From the NCBI GenBank assembly GCA_045114235.1, contig JBGUKB010000140.1:1-57659 (forward strand): DNA of 57,659 bases, in the 5' to 3' direction. Below the pieces are notes generated by a model. It searched no databases, was not told where the DNA came from, and worked only from the letters and a program-made list of their open reading frames with translations. Positions 1-8,523 of the stretch are shown one piece after another. This stretch comes from Victivallales bacterium. GTDB taxonomy: Bacteria; Verrucomicrobiota; Lentisphaeria; Victivallales; UBA1829. Both the position numbers and the translations under genes were made by a program. Within the stretch, counting starts at the first letter, position 1. Each line of letters begins with the position of its first letter.

Positions 1-445
1 CGCCGTGGTTGCGCCATTCGTTGTAGGCCTCCTCGTCGAAGGGGGCGTCCTCGTCGCCGGCGAACACGGTGAATCCGAGCATTTCGAGCGGGAATCCGAG
101 GTATTCGGGCGAGGTCAGGAATTCGTAGCTGAACGCGATCGCCTCTTTCTTGAAGTAGTCGCCGAGGGACCAGTTGCCCAGCATCTCGAAGAACGTGAGG
201 TGCACGGCGTCGCCCACGTCGTCGATGTCGCCCGTGCGGATGCACTTCTGGACGTCGGTCAGGCGCGTCCCCTGCGGATGTTTTTCGCCGAGGAGATACG
301 GCACCAGCGGGTGCATCCCGGCGGTCGTGAAGAGCACGGTCGGGTCGTTGTCCGGCACCAGGGAGGCGCTGCGGATGACCGCGTGGCCCTTGGACTGGAA
401 GAATTGCAGGTACTTTTCGCGAAGTTGAGCGGCAGTGGTGATCAT
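1..445 (-). CDS. alaS: Alanyl-tRNA synthetase, N-terminal part (runs off window)
   Basis: Minus-strand translation from ATG at 445: [21 protein letters not shown]...[16 protein letters not shown]...[16 protein letters not shown]...[29 protein letters not shown] upstream. Confidence 0.97.
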   Translation of the reverse strand, partial: MITTAAQLREKYLQFFQSKGHAVIRSASLVPDNDPTVLFTTAGMHPLVPYLLGEKHPQGTRLTDVQKCIRTGDIDDVGDAVHLTFFEMLGNWSLGDYFKKEAIAFSYEFLTSPEYLGFPLEMLGFTVFAGDEDAPFDEEAYNEWRNHG

Positions 446-485
446 GATATGGGTGTCTCCATGTAAGTTGTCAAACCAAACAATA

Positions 486-514
486 ATAATACACCCGTTT
501 CCGCCTTTTTACAA
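486..514 (-). promoter_or_regulatory. Sigma70-type promoter for alaS
   Basis: TTGTAA-17nt-TATTAT on minus strand, overlapped by inverted repeat ACACCCGT(491-498)/ACGGGTGT(523-530). Confidence 0.6.
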
Positions 515-562
515 GTGGAAATACGGGTGTTTTATCTTAAAAATGCTTCTGAATGCCGGGAA

Positions 563-1441
563 TCAGAGGGCGACCGGACGCGGCGCGGCGTTTTCCGAAT
601 ACTCCACCGTCTTCACGGGGTTCCCCTCGTAACGCAGCGTGCCGTCCGGATCCAGAGAGAACTTGTTCCGCGCGAAATCGTCGACCGTCTGCGGGAAGAC
701 GACCCAGTCGCCGTGCTCCTTCAGGTTCTCCAGGTTGCGTTCCGCCGCCCGCATCAGCAGGTCGCCGCGGTACTCGGCGGGCTTCTTCCCCTGACGCGCC
801 GCCTGGCACGCCTTGAGCTCGTCGACGGTCGCGCCAGCGAGATCGACCGGGACCGGGGCGGATATCCCCAGCACAGGGCCGGAGTCCATCTCCTTCGCGC
901 CGCCGGTGAACGCCTGCGCGATGATGACGCTGCTGCGGAGGCTCGTGTGGCCGCGGAGCAGAGCCGTTTCGACCGGGAGACGCTGGAGCCCCGCCAGATA
1001 ACGCCGTCCGTCCTCCTCGAGCGTGAGGTCGCCCGGGTGGACGTTCAGGCACGGCAGGACGCACGTGATGTTGGAGAGCGGCACGAATCCGGCGAGGATG
1101 CCGAACTGGACATTGAACGGCATGAGCAGGCGGATCAGCGCGCCGGTCCACTCTTCGCGCACCTGAAGCGCACGCTCCGAGGTCAGCGCGATCTTTTCCA
1201 GGCCGCGCTCGCGGTAGAATTTCGCGATGTCGTGTTCGACCAGCGGCAGGCCGTACTGCGCCGCCAGGGCACGGGCGCGGCTCGTTTCGGGTTTGTCGGT
1301 CACCAGGACGCGCGGCGTCCAGCCTGAAAACGCGCCGGAGTGCCACCCCTCAAGCAGCTTGGCGGCGTTCGTGCCGGTCCCGCTTAAAAACACGGCCGCG
1401 GCCGGTTTTTCGGGAAAAGTTTGAAAAAAAGTGGAGGACAT
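563..1441 (-). CDS. Formyltransferase, PurN (GAR formyltransferase)-like, extended
   Basis: VFLSGTGTN start motif, ILAGF, catalytic LNVHPGDL and MDSGPVL. Confidence 0.75.
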   Translation of the reverse strand: MSSTFFQTFPEKPAAAVFLSGTGTNAAKLLEGWHSGAFSGWTPRVLVTDKPETSRARALAAQYGLPLVEHDIAKFYRERGLEKIALTSERALQVREEWTGALIRLLMPFNVQFGILAGFVPLSNITCVLPCLNVHPGDLTLEEDGRRYLAGLQRLPVETALLRGHTSLRSSVIIAQAFTGGAKEMDSGPVLGISAPVPVDLAGATVDELKACQAARQGKKPAEYRGDLLMRAAERNLENLKEHGDWVVFPQTVDDFARNKFSLDPDGTLRYEGNPVKTVEYSENAAPRPVAL

Positions 1442-1562
1442 GACGTTCTTTCATTTGATTTTTACGATTTTGTGTTTAAAATATAAACGGTGATTTTCGT
1501 TTCGCAAATCGATTCACCGACTTTTTTCGTTTTTATTCCTAATTTTCTGCTGGAGACATGAA

Positions 1563-2939
1563 ATGAAGCTTCCAAAATATTCCTCCGTACCCCTCTGCAT
1601 GATCCTCTGCGCGCTCGCCGCGCTCTCATTCGCCGCCGACGATGCGGCCGGCAAACCCGCTCCGGCGGCAGTTCCCGCGGCCGAACAGGCCGATTATGCT
1701 GAAAAAGCGGCGGAAGCCGCGAAAGCGGAAGCCGAGGCAAAGGGCGCCGCTGAGGCGGAACAGATCATGAAACGTCGCGATAAGGCGAAAGAAGAGGCTG
1801 CCGAAAAAGCGCAGGTTGCTTTGAAAGCCGAAGTAGAGGCCCATAAGGCGAAGAAGGAAGCCGAGGCCAAGGCCGCCGCCGAAAAGGCAAAAGCCGAAGC
1901 TGAAGCCAAGGCCGCCGCCGAAAAAGCGAAAGCGGACGCCGAGGCCAAGGCCGCCGAAGAGAAGGCGAAAGCGGAAGCCGAAGCGAAAGCAACTGCTGAA
2001 GAGAAAAAGAAAGCGGCGGAAGAAAAAGTCGCCACGGCGTTCGAGGAACGTTTCCCCGAGCTCGCGAAGGCGATCGCCGATGCCGATCTTTCCGCCGAAA
2101 AGAAGGCTGAAGTCGACGTGCTCTCCGCCAATCTCATGGCCAGCAGCGACGCGCTCGACGAGGTCGCCGCACGCGAAGCCGCCGGAAACGCGCAGCCCGC
2201 GGAAAAACTCGAGGCCGAGATCGAATGCCTCACGAACTACACTGCGATCCTCGCCGCCGTCCCCTCCCCCGAAAACGAAGCGGTCCTCGCCGACAAGCAG
2301 CTTGAGCTGCATACCGCGCGCGAGGACCGTCTCCTCCTCGCCCAGAAGGAATTTGAGGAAGGAAAGATCGACTCGGACCAGCTCCGCGAGATCGAGGAGA
2401 GATATGTGAAAGCCGACACCTCCACCGATCCGGAACCGGTCAAGGCCGCAAAAGCAAAGGAACGGAAGGAACCGTTCTGGGGCTACAGAAAGCACAAGCC
2501 GCTCCCCTACCTCGTGATCGTCGCGAACTACCGCATCCCGCGCAAGGTGATCGCCGAATACCTCCGCACGGAATACGACGTGCCGTACGTCCTGCTGCCG
2601 TCCGACCCCGGTAAGCCCTCGAAGGACGACCAGGTCTATTTCAGCGGCGGCAAAAAGAATTCCGGCGAACTGGAAGTCGCCCTGCCCGCGCCCCAGCTCT
2701 CGCAGTTCATCGCCTATCTCCGCCCCGAAACGGTCATCATCCTGGGCAACGACTCCTACATCAACCCGGTGTACCGCCTGGCGGTCCCGGAAGGCATCCA
2801 CAAGGCCGAATTCTCCGACGCCGAATGGAAAGTCAACACGGCCCGCCTCGACGAGTTCTTCCGCCGGACACTGAAGACGAACCTCTCCGACCACTATCTG
2901 GACTATCTGCAGAACCAGGACAAGATCAACGCGGAGTAA
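1563..2939 (+). CDS. Secreted protein: signal peptide, TolA-like Ala/Lys/Glu repeats, helical region, C-terminal alpha/beta domain
   Basis: GGAG RBS, signal peptide ending SFA, AEAKAAAEKAKAE repeats, host-like codon usage. Confidence 0.8.
   Translation: MKLPKYSSVPLCMILCALAALSFAADDAAGKPAPAAVPAAEQADYAEKAAEAAKAEAEAKGAAEAEQIMKRRDKAKEEAAEKAQVALKAEVEAHKAKKEAEAKAAAEKAKAEAEAKAAAEKAKADAEAKAAEEKAKAEAEAKATAEEKKKAAEEKVATAFEERFPELAKAIADADLSAEKKAEVDVLSANLMASSDALDEVAAREAAGNAQPAEKLEAEIECLTNYTAILAAVPSPENEAVLADKQLELHTAREDRLLLAQKEFEEGKIDSDQLREIEERYVKADTSTDPEPVKAAKAKERKEPFWGYRKHKPLPYLVIVANYRIPRKVIAEYLRTEYDVPYVLLPSDPGKPSKDDQVYFSGGKKNSGELEVALPAPQLSQFIAYLRPETVIILGNDSYINPVYRLAVPEGIHKAEFSDAEWKVNTARLDEFFRRTLKTNLSDHYLDYLQNQDKINAE
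1859..2002 (+). repeat. Imperfect 39-bp (13-aa) coding tandem repeat, about 4 copies
   Basis: AEAKAAAEKAKAE / AEAKAAAEKAKAD / AEAKAAEEKAKAE / AEAKATAEE. Confidence 0.85.
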
Positions 2940-2945
2940 ACTGCG

Positions 2946-3929
2946 ATGTTTACGATCCTCCGCCTCTCCATGAACGCCTGCCGGGAGTGCCTGCGCGAAC
3001 CGGTGTACTACCTGATGCTGCTGGCGGCGCTCATCATGATCGGGCTCTTCCCGTACTTCTCGATGTTCGTGTTCCGCCAGCAGATCCGCCTGGTCTGCGA
3101 CAGCTCCATGGCCACGACCATGCTGTTCGGGCTTTTCGCCGCGGTCCTGTGCTCGGCGCGCACGATCAGCCGCGAGATGAAGAACGGCACGGTCCTGCTG
3201 CTGATGTCGAAGCCGGTGTCGCGGTTCTCCTTCGTGATCTCGAAGGTCTGCGGCATTCTGGTCTCGCTCACGGTCTTCGTCCTCGTCTGCAACGCCGCCA
3301 CCTGGCTCTCCGTCCTGATCGCGATCGACCAGTTCAAGCTGAGCAAGCCGCTCATCTGGTGCTATTTCGGCGCGATCTGCGTCGCGGCGCTGTACGGCGG
3401 CGTCCGCAACTTCATCTCGCAGAAATCGTTCTCCTCGAACGCCGTCGCGGCCATGGCCGTGCTGTTCCCGGTGATCGCCGCGGTCGCGCACGTCATCCGC
3501 GCGAAAACGCTGTCCGACTATCAGATCACGGACACGGAGACGTTCATGGCGGCGCGCGTCCTGGTCCCGGCCCTGTGCATGCTGTTCTTCGCCGTGTGGA
3601 TCATGGGCGTGATCAGCTCGGCGCTTGCGACCCGGATGGAGATCGTGGGCAACCTGATGGTGTGCCTGATCCTCTTTTTGACCGGGATGGTCCTGCACTA
3701 TTTCGCGGCGCGGGCGTTCGGCACGGGCTCCGTGAGCGCGCTGCTCTGCACCTCGCTGGTGCCGAACTGGCAGCTCTTCTGGATGGCCGACGTCCTGTCG
3801 AACCGCATCATCATCCCCGCCTCGTATTTCGTCTGGACTGCGACCTATTCCGTCCTCTACTGCGCCGCCTGGATCGGCTGGGCGTTCTTCCTGTTCCAGG
3901 ACAGCGAACTGGCGCGCGACACCCGCTGA
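2946..3929 (+). CDS. ABC-2 type transporter permease
   Basis: Multi-TM protein with ISREMKNGTVLLLMSKPVSRFSFVISK motif. Confidence 0.85.
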   Translation: MFTILRLSMNACRECLREPVYYLMLLAALIMIGLFPYFSMFVFRQQIRLVCDSSMATTMLFGLFAAVLCSARTISREMKNGTVLLLMSKPVSRFSFVISKVCGILVSLTVFVLVCNAATWLSVLIAIDQFKLSKPLIWCYFGAICVAALYGGVRNFISQKSFSSNAVAAMAVLFPVIAAVAHVIRAKTLSDYQITDTETFMAARVLVPALCMLFFAVWIMGVISSALATRMEIVGNLMVCLILFLTGMVLHYFAARAFGTGSVSALLCTSLVPNWQLFWMADVLSNRIIIPASYFVWTATYSVLYCAAWIGWAFFLFQDSELARDTR

Positions 3930-3954
3930 GCCCCGAATCGGAGCAAGTCCCGGC

Positions 3955-4686
3955 ATGATGATCGAAGCGGAACACCTCTTCAAACGCTACGGCACGCGGC
4001 TCGTGGTCGACGACCTCTCGCTCCGCGTGAACGTGGGCGACGTGCTGGGGTTCATCGGGCCGAACGGCGCGGGCAAGACAACGACCATGAAGATGATCAG
4101 CGGCGTCATGCCGCCCTACGCGGGCAAAGTCCGCATCGACGGCATCGACATCGAGGCCGAACCGCGCCTCGCGAAATCCCGCATCGGATTCCTGCCTGAA
4201 AACGCCCCGCTCCACATGACCATGACCGTCCGCGCGTTCCTCGCCTACACGGGCCGTCTGCACGGGTTCGGCGGACGCGAGCTCGCGCGCCGCGTGGACC
4301 GCGCCATCGAACGCTGCGCGCTGAAGGAAGCCGCCGGACAGGAGATCGAGTCCCTGTCGAAGGGTTACAAACGGCGCGTCTGCCTGGCGCAGTCCATCCT
4401 GCACGACCCGAAGGCGCTCATCATGGACGAGCCGACCGACGGCCTCGACCCGAACCAGAAACGCCAGATCCGTGAGCTGATCCTCTCGCTCAGGGAGGAA
4501 ACCGCCGTCATCATCTCCACGCACATCCTGGAGGAAGTCGACGCCGTCTGCTCCCGCGTTTTCCTGCTCTGCAAGGGCAAGACGCTGTTCGACGGCTCGA
4601 AAGACGAATTCCGGGCGAAAGCCGATGCGTTCCGCACCGACCTCGCCGGGCTGTTCGCCGTCATGACGGAAGGAGAACAGGCATGA
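3955..4686 (+). CDS. ABC transporter ATP-binding protein (GldA-like)
   Basis: Walker A GPNGAGKTT, signature LSKGY, Walker B LIMDEPTDGLDP, H-loop STH. Confidence 0.95.
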   Translation: MMIEAEHLFKRYGTRLVVDDLSLRVNVGDVLGFIGPNGAGKTTTMKMISGVMPPYAGKVRIDGIDIEAEPRLAKSRIGFLPENAPLHMTMTVRAFLAYTGRLHGFGGRELARRVDRAIERCALKEAAGQEIESLSKGYKRRVCLAQSILHDPKALIMDEPTDGLDPNQKRQIRELILSLREETAVIISTHILEEVDAVCSRVFLLCKGKTLFDGSKDEFRAKADAFRTDLAGLFAVMTEGEQA

Positions 4687-7298
4687 CCGCTTCCCTCCGC
4701 CGCATCTTCGCTGTCGCCTCGCGCGAATTCTTCGCGAGCCTCGCCTCGCCCGCCGCGTGGGTCTTCCTCGTGATCTTCCTCGTCATGGCGAACGTCTGCA
4801 CGTTCGTCTTCAGCGACATCCTCGCGCTCGGGCAAGCCGAACTCGGCCCGTTCTTCAACTGGATGCCGTGGCTGTTCATGTTCCTGATGCCCGCGCTCGG
4901 CATGCCGCTCTGGGCGGAGGAACGCCGTGTTGGCACGTTCGAGCTCACGCTCTCCTACCCGGTCTCGCTTTGGGAACTCGTCTTCGGCAAATACCTCGCG
5001 GGCATGGCGCTCGTCGCGATGGCGCTCGCCCTGACCCTGCCGGTCCCGATCACCATCGCCGTGCTGGGGCAGCCGGACGTCGGCGCGATCGTCTGCGGTT
5101 ACGCCGGGGCGCTGCTCGTCGGCTCGGCGTTTCTGGCGGTTTCGAGCTTCTGCTCCGCGCTTTCGAAGAGCCAGACTGCCAGCTTCCTGCTCGCGCTCCT
5201 GCTGTGCGCCCTGCTGATGTTCACCGGCTGGGACCGCGTGACGGGCCTGCTGTACCAGTGGCTCCCGGAAAGCCTCTGCCGCCTCGTCTCCTACTGCACG
5301 GTCGTACCGCATTACCAGGCGTTCCAGCGCGGCCTCTTCGATACTTCCGAGCTCATCTACAGCATCCTGATCACGCTGCTTTTCCTGTACTTCGCTCGGA
5401 CCGTGCTTGCCTATGCGGCGTCGGGCGGCGGCGGACTCTTCCTGCCCGGCGCACTCCGCGACCGCTACACGTGGAAAAACGTCCTCTCCATGGTGCTGTC
5501 GTTCGTGCTTGCCATTTACGTTTTCATCTGCCTCGCGCTCACGGCGGAGGCGTTCCGCATCCGCATCGACTGCACCGCCGACCGGGCGTATTCGCTCTCG
5601 CCGGAGGCGCGTTCCCTGGCGCGTTCGCTGGAACGCCACGTGACCGTGCGCCTGTACGTCTCGCCGCCGGGCGCGGACACGCCGAAAGACCTGCTGGGCT
5701 ACGCCGAACGCGTGAAATGGCTCCTGCGCGAATTCGGCAAGGAGGCGGGCGGCAAGGTCACGCTCGAGATCATCACGCCCGGCCCGGACACCCGCGAGGA
5801 GGAGGCCGCCATCATCGAAGGGCTCCAGCCCGCGAAGAACGCGGGCGGCGACCGGTTCTTCCTCGGCATGACCGTTTCCGCCGGACAGCTCTGCCTCGCC
5901 GCGCCGTTCCTCTCCCCGAAAAATGAATCCATGCTCGAATACGAGCTTCTGCGGCGCGTCATGCACGCGCAGGATCCGAAACGCCCCGTGGTCGGCGTGA
6001 TGAGCCCGTACCCCGTGCTCGGACGCGCCCCGTCGCCCCAGACCGGGAGCTCCGGCGCGGCCGCCTGGTATCTCTTCACCGAGCTGAACAAGGACTACAC
6101 GCTGACCGAGCTTCCGACGGACCTGAAGGAAATACCGGACGGATTGGACGCCCTGCTGGTGGTGCATCCGCACGACTTCGACCGCCGGACGCTCGAGGCG
6201 ATCGACGCGTATCTGGTGAAGGGCGGCCGCATGGCGGTGTTCGTGGATCCGCTGTCCGCCTACGCGCTCGCCTCGGCGCAGAAGGACTACACCTATGTGA
6301 ACATGACCGACTCCACGCTGGAGCCGCTCCTCGCGAAATGGGGCGTGGCGTATTCCCCCTCGCGCCTCGCCGCCGACATGAATTTCAAGTACGACCAGCT
6401 GGACAAGTCCGGCGTCCGGCGGACGATCCCGACCGCGCTCCTCATCACGGAGGCGGGCATCGACCGCGGGAACCCGGTCACGGGCGGCCTGACCTCCCTG
6501 CGCATGAACTACGCCGGATTCTTCGACCTGCGGAATCCGGCGCGCACACTGACATTCGAGCCGCTGGTCTACACCACCGACTATTCCATGCCCGCCGACG
6601 TGGCGGACCAGCCGGAAAAGATCCTGGCGGACTTCGCCGCGCCCGGAAAGCATTCCGGCGAAAAACTCAATCTGCTGATGCACATCACGGGGCAGTTCCC
6701 AAGCGCATACGGTTCGGAAGAAGTCAGCGGCAAGCCCGGCGAGGTCTACCTCTTCGGCGACTCCGACATGCTGTTCCACGACGCCTGCGTCGCGCAGTCC
6801 AAGGACGAGTTCGGGCAGACCATCGTGGTCCGCATCAACGACAACATCACGCTCATGGAGAACGTGGTGGAGTCCCTCTGCGGCGGTGGCCGCCTCTCCT
6901 CGCTCCGCAGCCGCATCCCCATGTCCCGTCCGCTCACGCGCATCAACGAGAGCCAGATGCGCGCCGACCTCGCGTTCAAGGACCGCATCCTCGCGCTCGC
7001 CGAGGAATCCATGCGGCTGGAGGACCGCGTGGAGTCCATCCGCAAGCAGCTCATCGTGAGCGGCGGCGCGGCGCGCCTGACGCAGGAACAGCGCGACCTG
7101 CTGAACACCTATGAGCAGAAGGACGCCGCGCTCAAACGCGAAATCCGCGAAATCCGGCTCCAGCTGCGGCAGGACCTCGACCGCATCAACAACACGGTCC
7201 GCCTCATCAACATCGTCCTGATCCCCGCCTTCGTCATCCTCTGCGGCATCGTCTGGAGCATCGCCCGCAAACTCAAATGGAAACGGCATATCTCATGA
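4683..7298 (+). CDS. Fused GldF-like permease and GldG-like auxiliary domain
   Basis: N-terminal WAEERRVGTFELTLSYP permease motif. C-terminal RIDCTADRAYSLS, LEYEL, IDAYLVKGG, FGDSDM motifs, coiled coil and final TM. ATGA overlap with the ATPase gene. Confidence 0.88.
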   Translation: MTASLRRIFAVASREFFASLASPAAWVFLVIFLVMANVCTFVFSDILALGQAELGPFFNWMPWLFMFLMPALGMPLWAEERRVGTFELTLSYPVSLWELVFGKYLAGMALVAMALALTLPVPITIAVLGQPDVGAIVCGYAGALLVGSAFLAVSSFCSALSKSQTASFLLALLLCALLMFTGWDRVTGLLYQWLPESLCRLVSYCTVVPHYQAFQRGLFDTSELIYSILITLLFLYFARTVLAYAASGGGGLFLPGALRDRYTWKNVLSMVLSFVLAIYVFICLALTAEAFRIRIDCTADRAYSLSPEARSLARSLERHVTVRLYVSPPGADTPKDLLGYAERVKWLLREFGKEAGGKVTLEIITPGPDTREEEAAIIEGLQPAKNAGGDRFFLGMTVSAGQLCLAAPFLSPKNESMLEYELLRRVMHAQDPKRPVVGVMSPYPVLGRAPSPQTGSSGAAAWYLFTELNKDYTLTELPTDLKEIPDGLDALLVVHPHDFDRRTLEAIDAYLVKGGRMAVFVDPLSAYALASAQKDYTYVNMTDSTLEPLLAKWGVAYSPSRLAADMNFKYDQLDKSGVRRTIPTALLITEAGIDRGNPVTGGLTSLRMNYAGFFDLRNPARTLTFEPLVYTTDYSMPADVADQPEKILADFAAPGKHSGEKLNLLMHITGQFPSAYGSEEVSGKPGEVYLFGDSDMLFHDACVAQSKDEFGQTIVVRINDNITLMENVVESLCGGGRLSSLRSRIPMSRPLTRINESQMRADLAFKDRILALAEESMRLEDRVESIRKQLIVSGGAARLTQEQRDLLNTYEQKDAALKREIREIRLQLRQDLDRINNTVRLINIVLIPAFVILCGIVWSIARKLKWKRHIS

Positions 7299-8521
7299 AA
7301 AAGCGCAGAGCCCTCATCGTCCTTTTCCTCGCGGCCGTCACGGCGCTCGCCGTGGTGTCCGAACTGCGCCTGCGCCGCGAATCCGCCTCCAACACGGCCT
7401 CCGCGCGCCTCGTCCTGCCGGAATTCCGTCCCGAGGACGTCCGTTCGCTCGAAATCTCCTGGCGCACGCAGAAGAGCACGCTGGACTTCGTGCAGGACGA
7501 CCGGTACTGGGCGGTGAAGGAACGCGCCGGAGCGCAAGCGGCGTCCGCGCAGGTCGCCGACCTGCTGGAGGGCCTCGCGAAGGCCGCGCCGCTGAAGGAG
7601 CTGGAGATCTCCGGCATCGACGACTACAGGGACCTGAACCTGGTTTCGCCGGAGGAGATCGCCGCGCCGGGCGCGGACTCCGGCCTGAAGAACGCGGAAG
7701 GCATCCTCGCCGTCCTGCGCGACGAACACGGCGCCGAACTCCTGCGCATCATGCTCGGACGCGGCCATACGCGCCTCGCCGCCGACCGCATCGGCAACCT
7801 GGCTGTGCAGGGGTATGACGGCCGTTACATCCGGGTGTGGTACCCCGACAAATCCAGCCGCGTCTTCCTCATTTCCCGCGTCTTCGAGAAATGCGTGCCG
7901 AATCCGCGCCAGTGGATCGAGCCGCTGTTCCTCTCCAAGCCGGAGAACCCGGTGTACGCCCGGTTCCAGCGCAAACGCCCCGGCGAGGAGACCGCCTCGA
8001 TCGTCTGGTTCGTGAACACCGCCAAGGACAAGTTCCAGCTCGTCATCCCGGAGGGCGAGCTCGATCTGGAGGCGTTCTCGCAGAAATATTCCGCGCTCGC
8101 CGCGCCGTTCTCCGTCGACCTCGTGAACCTCCCGCCGGACGACCTGAAGTTCAACGACAGTTTCCAGACGGTCATGGGCGACGGATTCGCGTATCTGCTG
8201 GAGTTCGCCAAAGTCGATTCGGTCTCCGAGGAGGCCGAAACCGACGTCTACGCCGGACGCCTGACCGTCTCGTTCGATCCCGAAAACGTCCGCCGCCTCA
8301 TCGGCGAGCCGGACGACGCGTTCGAGCGCCGCAAGAACCAGCTCGCCGCCCGCGCCGAATACGAAAAACGCACCGCAAACGGACGTGTCTTCCTGCTGAA
8401 GACCGGACTGCTGGAGCTTCTGGCGCAGCCGCCCGTCAAAACGCTGACGACCGCGGCGGCGCGCACCTCCGCTACAACTGCCCCGACCGCCGGGAAAAAC
8501 GCCGAGAAAAAGGAAGATTGA
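7295..8521 (+). CDS. DUF4340-like membrane-anchored protein
   Basis: N-terminal TM; W-x-V-K-E...A...VADLLEGL pattern; typical position after gldG-like genes; ATGA overlap. Confidence 0.7.
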   Translation: MKKRRALIVLFLAAVTALAVVSELRLRRESASNTASARLVLPEFRPEDVRSLEISWRTQKSTLDFVQDDRYWAVKERAGAQAASAQVADLLEGLAKAAPLKELEISGIDDYRDLNLVSPEEIAAPGADSGLKNAEGILAVLRDEHGAELLRIMLGRGHTRLAADRIGNLAVQGYDGRYIRVWYPDKSSRVFLISRVFEKCVPNPRQWIEPLFLSKPENPVYARFQRKRPGEETASIVWFVNTAKDKFQLVIPEGELDLEAFSQKYSALAAPFSVDLVNLPPDDLKFNDSFQTVMGDGFAYLLEFAKVDSVSEEAETDVYAGRLTVSFDPENVRRLIGEPDDAFERRKNQLAARAEYEKRTANGRVFLLKTGLLELLAQPPVKTLTTAAARTSATTAPTAGKNAEKKED

Positions 8522-8523
8522 CC

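Noticed and set aside
5..466. Plus-strand 153-aa ORF
   Set aside because: Antisense shadow of alaS, which the ORF track misses because it runs off the window edge.
1626..7289. Long antisense ORFs (785 aa, 974 aa); likewise 28154-30790, 33507-35735, 37975-39714, 40941-43034, 43942-45735 and 48221-51805
   Set aside because: Stop-poor shadows of high-GC3 genes; no motifs or RBS.
3955..7298. Gliding motility function
   Set aside because: GldA/F/G-like genes are widespread; no gldJ-N or T9SS genes are present in the window.
7837..8523. Upstream extension of the amidase ORF (726-aa call)
   Set aside because: Overlaps the DUF4340-like gene in another frame; the signal peptide starts at ATG 8524.
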